Assembly: GCA_047620145.1 (NCBI GenBank)
Contig: JBLHKO010000001.1
Location: 9,007-73,006 of the forward strand
DNA: 64,000 bases
Direction: 5' to 3'
From: Gammaproteobacteria bacterium
Lineage (GTDB): Bacteria; Pseudomonadota; Gammaproteobacteria; Eutrophobiales; Eutrophobiaceae
Position numbers and translations under genes: made by a program. The notes below the pieces were generated by a model. It searched no databases. It was not told the origin of the DNA and was given only the letters and a program-made list of their open reading frames with translations. Positions 57,775 through 64,000 of this stretch are shown in pieces; the stretch's first letter is position 1, and each line of letters starts with the position of its first letter.

Positions 57775-58781
57775 TGTCTGAAACGGTTGTCCTCGAACAA
57801 TTTCCTTTTTCTGCGCATAGAACAACAGCAGATAACAGGGAGATTGCAAAACAACGGGTTTACATTATGCCTACACGGCATGGTGCGATTTTTGGGATGA
57901 TGCTGATTGCTATGCTCTTGGGCGCTATTAATTACAATAACAGCATGGCCTACATCCTCACGTTCCTTCTCGGTGCTTTGTTTCTTGTCACGCTATTAAA
58001 TACCTGCAAAAACCTTGCTGGACTATTAATAAATCAGGCACCTGCTTTACCTGTTTTTTCTGGAGAACTGGCAAACTTTCCATTAGTCCTCGATAACCGC
58101 AATAGTCATCTTCGACTTTCTATTTCTTTCATTAAAACCAGGAAAAGATGGCGGCTACTTGCGGACGTTCTAAAATCAACTAAAAATGAAATTCCACTAG
58201 CAACTTGCGATGTTGATGTGAATGATTTTAATCATGTTGAATTACCCGTCATGACAGATCAACGGGGACGCTTGTATGCCGGACGAATCAAAGTTTTCAC
58301 GACGTTTCCTCTGGGATTTTTCAAGGCCTGGTCATATGTAGAAACAAAACAACCCTGCCTGGTTTATCCTAAACCTGCGGGTCGTAAAGCATTCCCAGCA
58401 TTTAAGCTAATCGATGCCAACGGCATTCAGGGAAATACGACAGGAACAGACGATTTTATTGGCTTTCGAAATTATCATGCTGGTGATTCGATCAGGGACA
58501 TCGCATGGAAGGCCTATGCTCAGCAGAAAGGTTTATTCATCAAACGGTTTAGTGGTTGTGGTGCAGATAAACTGCATATGGATTGGAATGATGTCGCACA
58601 CCTGACAGACATCGAAGCACGGCTTTCGCAATTGTGTCTCTGGATCATTGAGGCAGAATCACAGTCTCTCCAGTATAGCCTTGAGACCCCTGAAGTTTAT
58701 ATTGAGCCCGGCAATGGAGAAGAACATTTGCACATTTGTTTATCTTCATTGGCGACATATGGCCTGAATGATGAAACATGA
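57774..58781 (+). CDS. DUF58-domain protein
   Basis: 335 aa with two N-terminal TM helices. YHAGDSIRDIAWKAYA is the DUF58 signature. TGATG overlap with moxR. Confidence 0.82.
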   Translation: MSETVVLEQFPFSAHRTTADNREIAKQRVYIMPTRHGAIFGMMLIAMLLGAINYNNSMAYILTFLLGALFLVTLLNTCKNLAGLLINQAPALPVFSGELANFPLVLDNRNSHLRLSISFIKTRKRWRLLADVLKSTKNEIPLATCDVDVNDFNHVELPVMTDQRGRLYAGRIKVFTTFPLGFFKAWSYVETKQPCLVYPKPAGRKAFPAFKLIDANGIQGNTTGTDDFIGFRNYHAGDSIRDIAWKAYAQQKGLFIKRFSGCGADKLHMDWNDVAHLTDIEARLSQLCLWIIEAESQSLQYSLETPEVYIEPGNGEEHLHICLSSLATYGLNDET

Positions 58782-58813
58782 TCGATGAAACCTGAAATAC
58801 TAATTCTAGAAAG

Positions 58814-60793
58814 ATGAACCACCGCCAGATAGAAAATAACATTCCCATTAACAGCCTCTATTGGTTAGGGGGAGGCTTAGTTCTATCTGCACTGCCTCAT
58901 AGTCAAAGAATTCCTCTCTGGATCATGCCGCTATTCCTCGTGCTCTGTGCATGGAAACTCTATGCACCTGCGCAAACCAATTTTAAAGGCAAATATAAAT
59001 TAATCGCGAAGCTTTGTTTATCGACGCTAATGATTATTGGAGTGTTAGGTATTTATTCTCATTTTGGCACCATTGTTGGCCGCAGCGCGGGAGTTTCATT
59101 ACTGGTCATGCTGGCAGGGTTTAAAACCCTTGAGATTAATCACGAACGAGATTTTTATGTCGCCTGCTTTCTTGGCTATTTCCTGGTAGTGACAAATTTT
59201 CTATACACACAAACTATTGGCACTGCTGTGTATATGGCTTGCACTGTATTAGTCATGACAATCAGTCTGGTTTCATTTAATGATGTTCAAGGTAAACTAT
59301 CAGGCAAAGCCCTAGGTAAAATTGCTGCATCATTACTACTGCAGTCCATACCGATTATGCTTATTTTATTTTTTTTGTTTCCGCGAATATCAGGCCCACT
59401 CTGGGGCATGCCGGATGACGCACATGCAGACTTAACGGGAATCGGTGATGAAATGTCGCCCGGCAGTATTAGTCAACTGATACAAAGCAATCAGGTTGCA
59501 TTCCGTGTCGATTTTAAAAGTGTGCCGCCTGAACAGTCACAACTCTATTGGCGTGGTCCGGTACTATGGCATACCGACGGTTCAAGCTGGACCAGAGGGA
59601 AATCTGAATATCAATATATTAACTCAGTAGAAACATTATCGGATCCTGTCATTTATACCATCACACTTGAGCCGCATAATAAAAAGTGGCTATATGCGCT
59701 CGAGATGCCAGAGGGCAACGCTAGCCAAAGCAGAATGACATCTGATTTTCAATTATTAACCGAAAACCCAGTGACACAAAGAATTCGTTACGAGATGACA
59801 TCCTACCCGGATTATAAAATTTCAAAATTAAGTGATGACGAACGACAGGCTTCTTTGCAATTGCCTCGGCAACACCATACTCAAACAAAAACCCTGATGC
59901 GACAGTGGTTAGAAGAAGGACTATCGGAAAACCAAATCATCGATCGAGCCTTGAAATTATTTAATGAGGATAAATTTTATTACACATTACGCCCACCTTT
60001 ATTAGAAAATGATCGTGTCGATGAATTTCTCTTTGATACAAAACAAGGTTTTTGTGAGCATTACGCCAATGCTTTCGTCGTCATGATGAGAGCAGCAGGA
60101 ATTCCTGCACGTATCGTGCTTGGTTATCAGGGTGGCGAGCGTAATCCTGTTGGAGATTATTTTATAGTACGTCAACGCAATGCGCATGCTTGGACAGAGG
60201 TCTGGAGAAACGAACAAGGTTGGGAACGTATCGATCCGACGGCGGCAGTCTCGCCGCTACGTATCATTGAGGGTATTGAAAGTGCACTGCCCTTGGAAAC
60301 ATTGGACATACCAGAGATCTTTAGTCAGAACAGCCTGGCCAGGAATCTATGGAAACGCTTAGGCTTCCGTTGGGATTCTATTAATAATCAATGGAATCAA
60401 TGGGTTATAAACTATGGGCCAGAACGACAAAAAGAATTTTTAAGCCAATTTGGCTTGGAAGACATAAACTGGAGCAGCATGATTTTTCTTATCATGGCAT
60501 TTGTCGGGCTGGTGCTTATTTATCTTACATTCATATTGCTGAGGTTCACACCTGAAAAAAGAGACCCGGTTAAACTTTTATATGATCAATTCTGCAAAAA
60601 ATTATCACGCTCTGGAATTGAAATTCCAGTACACGAGGGACCGGTAGATTTTGCAAAACGTGCTTCATTAAAAAGAAGTGATCTGGCGCCGCAGATAAAG
60701 AATATTACAAATCTCTATATTGCAATCAGATACGCTTCAGATGCATCACTGCTGGATTCACTACGAAATAATATCAAAGCATTCAAGGCGTAA
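58814..60793 (+). CDS. tgpA: transglutaminase-domain membrane protein (TgpA-like)
   Basis: 659 aa with a polytopic N-terminus. Transglutaminase core: Cys in GFCEHYANAF, His in AHAWTEVW, Asp in WERIDPT. A C-terminal TM helix is present. Confidence 0.85.
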   Translation: MNHRQIENNIPINSLYWLGGGLVLSALPHSQRIPLWIMPLFLVLCAWKLYAPAQTNFKGKYKLIAKLCLSTLMIIGVLGIYSHFGTIVGRSAGVSLLVMLAGFKTLEINHERDFYVACFLGYFLVVTNFLYTQTIGTAVYMACTVLVMTISLVSFNDVQGKLSGKALGKIAASLLLQSIPIMLILFFLFPRISGPLWGMPDDAHADLTGIGDEMSPGSISQLIQSNQVAFRVDFKSVPPEQSQLYWRGPVLWHTDGSSWTRGKSEYQYINSVETLSDPVIYTITLEPHNKKWLYALEMPEGNASQSRMTSDFQLLTENPVTQRIRYEMTSYPDYKISKLSDDERQASLQLPRQHHTQTKTLMRQWLEEGLSENQIIDRALKLFNEDKFYYTLRPPLLENDRVDEFLFDTKQGFCEHYANAFVVMMRAAGIPARIVLGYQGGERNPVGDYFIVRQRNAHAWTEVWRNEQGWERIDPTAAVSPLRIIEGIESALPLETLDIPEIFSQNSLARNLWKRLGFRWDSINNQWNQWVINYGPERQKEFLSQFGLEDINWSSMIFLIMAFVGLVLIYLTFILLRFTPEKRDPVKLLYDQFCKKLSRSGIEIPVHEGPVDFAKRASLKRSDLAPQIKNITNLYIAIRYASDASLLDSLRNNIKAFKA

Positions 60794-60831
60794 TTATTTT
60801 TTGCATTGAAATAAAGTGTAATTTTTCTACT

Positions 60832-62610
60832 TCACACATTAAACTGTAACTGATGTAACCGCGCATAAACGCCATTTTGTTTTATCAACTCAGCATGTGT
60901 GCCAGTTTCAACAATCATCCCGTTATCAATCACGATAATTCGATCTGCATTTTCGATGGTTGAGAGTCGGTGTGCAATAATCAGACAAGTTCTGCCTGCT
61001 TTTACCTCTTCTAGTGCCAGCTGTATCTGCCTTTCTGAATGCGTGTCTAGTGATGAGGTTGCCTCATCCATAATCAGGACAGGCGCATCTTTTAACAGGG
61101 CTCGAGCTATCGCAAGTCTCTGTCGTTGCCCACCAGATAACTTCAGACCTTTTTCTCCAATGAAGGTATCGAATCCCTCTTCAAGATCTTCAATAAACTC
61201 GAGGGCATGCGCCGATCTGGCCGCCGCAATGATCGATGCTTCACTACTGTCATGCAAACCACCATAAGCGATATTGTTCCTGACAGTATCGTTAAACATC
61301 ACCACATCCTGACTCACCAAGGCGATGTTTTGACGCAATGACTGCAGTGAAATATTTTGAATATCTTTTCCATCCAGCAGTATTTTTCCTTCTGTCACGT
61401 CATAAAACATGGGCACAAGGTTTGCCATGGTTGATTTACCACTGCCGGAAGCACCTACCAACGCAATCGTCTCCCCGGGCTTTATATGCATTGAAATATT
61501 ATTCAATGCTTTGTGATCGCTCTCACCATAACTGAAATTGACATTACGAAATTCAATTTCACCTATTGCCCTTTGCATTATTTGTTTGCCTATATCTGGT
61601 TCTATAGTCTGATCGAGCATGGCAAAAACACTTTCGCACGCAGCAAGACCTTTTTGTAGATGTTCGTTGACTCTGGCCAAACGTTTAAGCGGATTTAACA
61701 ACATAGCCATCGCTGTGAAAAAGGAGGTGAATTCACCCACACTAATTTCGCCAGCGGCTGCATTCTGTATAGCGATATAAATAATGATAGACAGAGCAAT
61801 TGCTGTAATTAACTGAATCAACGGACTGCTCGCAACAGCGGCCATGGCAAACTTCATTGAATATCTGCGATTGGCATTGGAGACTTCCTGAAAACGTTTT
61901 ATTTCCTGTTCCTTGCCATCATATAGCTTGACTAATCTATGTCCGCTAATACATTCACCCAAAACATGATTGATATCCCCCATAGAATCCTGAACCTTTC
62001 GGCTCATTTTTCTAATACGTTTACGGATAACTAGAACTACAGCTGTAATAAAAGGCACACTTACCATTGCAACCAGTGTTAGTTTCCAGTCGAGATAAAA
62101 CATCCATGCTAAAAGACCAATGATTGCAAGAGAATCTCGCACCAAAGTCGTGATCGCATTAGTAGCTGCTTCTTTAATTTGAATGACGTCATAGGTAAAT
62201 TTTGACAATAGACTACCTGAAGAATATTCATCATAGTAAGCACTCGGTAGAGACAACATTCTGACAAACATTTCCTGCCTTATATCCATAACCACCTTGT
62301 TTGAGACCCACGACAAGGCAACACCATTGGCATAAGAAGCGAAACCTCTGATGGCAAACAAAACCACAAATAGAATAGGCACCCACTTCATTGTCGCCGG
62401 ATCTTTTTCAACAAAAGCACCATCCAACATAGGCTGCATCAGAGCGGGAATAGCAGGATCAGATGCTGCCAAAACCAGCATACTGAAAATTGATATCATG
62501 AAAGTATGCCAATAAGGTATGACATACTGTAACAGTCGTCTGTACAAACGTGCATCATTACCAGTTGTTGACATTAATATTTTTCCTGAAAAATCATTGC
62601 TCTGGATCAA
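60832..62610 (-). CDS. msbA: lipid A export ABC transporter MsbA
   Basis: 592 aa with six TM helices and an ABC domain (GASGSGKST, LSGGQRQRLAIARAL, LIMDEATSSLD). ATG 62574 (MSTTGND) is an alternative start. Confidence 0.88.
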   Translation of the reverse strand: MIQSNDFSGKILMSTTGNDARLYRRLLQYVIPYWHTFMISIFSMLVLAASDPAIPALMQPMLDGAFVEKDPATMKWVPILFVVLFAIRGFASYANGVALSWVSNKVVMDIRQEMFVRMLSLPSAYYDEYSSGSLLSKFTYDVIQIKEAATNAITTLVRDSLAIIGLLAWMFYLDWKLTLVAMVSVPFITAVVLVIRKRIRKMSRKVQDSMGDINHVLGECISGHRLVKLYDGKEQEIKRFQEVSNANRRYSMKFAMAAVASSPLIQLITAIALSIIIYIAIQNAAAGEISVGEFTSFFTAMAMLLNPLKRLARVNEHLQKGLAACESVFAMLDQTIEPDIGKQIMQRAIGEIEFRNVNFSYGESDHKALNNISMHIKPGETIALVGASGSGKSTMANLVPMFYDVTEGKILLDGKDIQNISLQSLRQNIALVSQDVVMFNDTVRNNIAYGGLHDSSEASIIAAARSAHALEFIEDLEEGFDTFIGEKGLKLSGGQRQRLAIARALLKDAPVLIMDEATSSLDTHSERQIQLALEEVKAGRTCLIIAHRLSTIENADRIIVIDNGMIVETGTHAELIKQNGVYARLHQLQFNV

Positions 62611-62712
62611 TTATCCATACTGATAGATAGTATACCGCATACACAATATAGCTTGATGTTCGCACTACAATCACGTAATAAATAACTATCTAATAAGTGG
62701 AATATATAATAA

Positions 62713-63591
62713 ATGTCAAAAGAACACCCGATCGTTGCAGTGACAGGCTCTTCAGGATCCGGCACCAGCAGTGTCAAGAATGCCTTTGAAATTATTTTCA
62801 GGCATGAAGGTATCACACCGGCTTTTATTGAAGGCGACAGCTATCACAAATATAACCGTCAAGAGATGGATAATGTCGTCAAGGCCGCTGAACTGGAAGG
62901 TAAAAATATCACCCATTTTGGTCCTGAAGGGAATGTATTCGAAGATCTGGAGGCAGCCTTTCAGGAGTATTCAGAGTATGGCACGGGGAAATGTAGATAT
63001 TATATACATGATGATGCCGAGGCTGCGGTACACCGTTCACCCCCCGGAACCCTTACAGGGTGGCGAGATATTCCAGAAAATACAGACCTGTTGTTCTATG
63101 AGGGTTTACATGCTGCTGTTGTCACAGACACGGTCGATGTACGTCAATATGTAGACCTTCTAATTGGCGTCACCCCCATCATTAATCTTGAATGGATGCA
63201 AAAGATTCATCGTGACAAGGAATACCGGGGTTACACACCAGAGGATGCGACAGATTTAATACTCGGCCGAATGCATGACTATGTTCATTACATCACGCCA
63301 CAATTCTCCAGGACTGATATCAACTTCCAACGCGTACCGACGGTAGATACTTCGAACCCATTTGGGGCATTTGAAATCCCGACCAGCGATGAAAGCTTTG
63401 TCGTCATCCATATTAGAAACCTAGAAAAAATTAAAGTCGATTTCCAGGAATTACTGAAAATGCTGAATGGGTCGTTTATGACAAAACCGAATACAATTGT
63501 TGTACCTGCAGGGAAAATGATATTTGCCATGCAATTAATCACTAATCCTTTGATTCAAAAATTGATGAAAAACAAAAAATCTGGTAAATAA
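62713..63591 (+). CDS. prk: phosphoribulokinase
   Basis: 292 aa. MSKEHPIVAVTGSSGSGTSSV P-loop and downstream EGDSYH(K/R)YNR, typical of bacterial PRK. Confidence 0.9.
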   Translation: MSKEHPIVAVTGSSGSGTSSVKNAFEIIFRHEGITPAFIEGDSYHKYNRQEMDNVVKAAELEGKNITHFGPEGNVFEDLEAAFQEYSEYGTGKCRYYIHDDAEAAVHRSPPGTLTGWRDIPENTDLLFYEGLHAAVVTDTVDVRQYVDLLIGVTPIINLEWMQKIHRDKEYRGYTPEDATDLILGRMHDYVHYITPQFSRTDINFQRVPTVDTSNPFGAFEIPTSDESFVVIHIRNLEKIKVDFQELLKMLNGSFMTKPNTIVVPAGKMIFAMQLITNPLIQKLMKNKKSGK

Positions 63592-63632
63592 AGCTGTATA
63601 ATGAGCCACTTGCACAAAAAGGTCAGATAGCC

Positions 63633-64000
63633 ATGCGTACAATATTGGTACTCAACCCCAAAGGGGGTTGTGGCAAAAGCACAATAGCCACAAATATTGC
63701 CGGTCATTTCGCGATGAAAGGTAGAAATGTTGCACTCGCTGATTGTGATCCGCAATGCTCCAGCAGCGACTGGTTGAAAGTCCGGCCAGAAAGCCTGAGC
63801 CAGATTAAACATGTGCCTGTGAAGCAAGGCAAACTCCATGTTCCTGATAAAACCGAGATACTCATACTGGATACGGCGGCAAGTATTCATGACACCAGAA
63901 TGGCCAATATCGTTCGTGCCGCACAAACAATGATTATCCCTATTATGCCTTCGCCTATGGACATGCGTGCTGCTGAGAGATTTCTCAATGATCTGATTAA
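63633..64000 (+). CDS. ParA/MinD-family ATPase, N-terminal 122 codons (continues beyond the window)
   Basis: Not in the track because it is open at the edge. The translation MRTILVLNPKGGCGKSTIATNIAGHFAMKGRNVALADCDPQ has the deviant Walker A KGGxxGKS[T]. Confidence 0.8.
   Translation, partial: MRTILVLNPKGGCGKSTIATNIAGHFAMKGRNVALADCDPQCSSSDWLKVRPESLSQIKHVPVKQGKLHVPDKTEILILDTAASIHDTRMANIVRAAQTMIIPIMPSPMDMRAAERFLNDLI

Noticed and set aside
62611-62712. A possible LysR/CbbR-type dyad (ATAC-N9-GTAT around 62627-62643) between msbA and prk.
   Set aside because: The arms are only 4-5 bp in AT-rich DNA, which is easily produced by chance, and no cbbR gene is nearby in the window.
63555-63926. 123-aa minus-strand ORF at the right edge of the window.
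   Set aside because: The opposite strand encodes an unmistakable ParA-type ATPase N-terminus (NPKGGCGKST...DCDPQ). The minus-strand ORF is its shadow.
1-64000. CRISPR arrays, insertion sequences, integrases, prophage genes, and known defence systems (restriction-modification, CBASS, retrons, etc.).
   Set aside because: I looked for regularly spaced direct repeats, transposase, integrase or reverse-transcriptase motifs, and terminal inverted repeats, and found none. The only repeat structures are those reported at 47282-47522 and 54855-55287.

Overview
The window reads as core chromosome of a fairly AT-rich gammaproteobacterium (GC about low 40s percent, judged by eye, not computed). No similarity search was run. 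All calls rest on the ORF track, my own translations and motif recognition.

Gene order is Pseudomonas-like:
- gltB (partial), a dGTPase-like gene, aroB-aroK and pilQPONM, divergent from ponA
- priA, argS plus a SPOR-domain gene, tRNA-Gly(CCC), thiS-thiG-trmB and cysQ
- dgkA, tpx, lemA, prlC, xthA and rpmE
- engB divergent from cytochrome c4, then ccsB-ccsA-dsbA and msrA
- tRNA-Arg(CCG), cytochrome c5, uvrD, pmbA, yqhA and sthA
- moxR-DUF58-tgpA, and msbA divergent from phosphoribulokinase, followed by a partial ParA-like ATPase

I found no CRISPR array, transposase, integrase or recognisable phage or defence gene.

Candidates for unexplained biology, none proven:
1. A translationally coupled operon encoding an internally duplicated DUF1538-type membrane protein plus two divergent PII-like proteins (24075-26583).
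2. A 530-bp gap between the M48 protease gene and engB. It holds a perfect inverted pair of consensus DnaA boxes and a terminator-capped RNA candidate whose three loops are all C-rich, resembling anti-Shine-Dalgarno seeds.
3. A small AT-rich islet between yqhA and sthA. It has two orphan genes, one broken by an in-frame amber codon, followed by about 430 nt of back-to-back hairpins that include two 26-nt units with compensatory stem changes.
4. A decayed integration scar at tRNA-Arg, where the 3' end of the tRNA is duplicated and split in the T-loop.
5. Several atypical proteins and gene pairs: a receiver domain lacking the phospho-acceptor Asp next to an MBL hydrolase; LemA with a GIDE-like membrane protein carrying a canonical EF-hand; a Pol-beta-type nucleotidyltransferase with YaiI; and a signal-peptide MsrA.

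Several start codons in the ORF track are revised.
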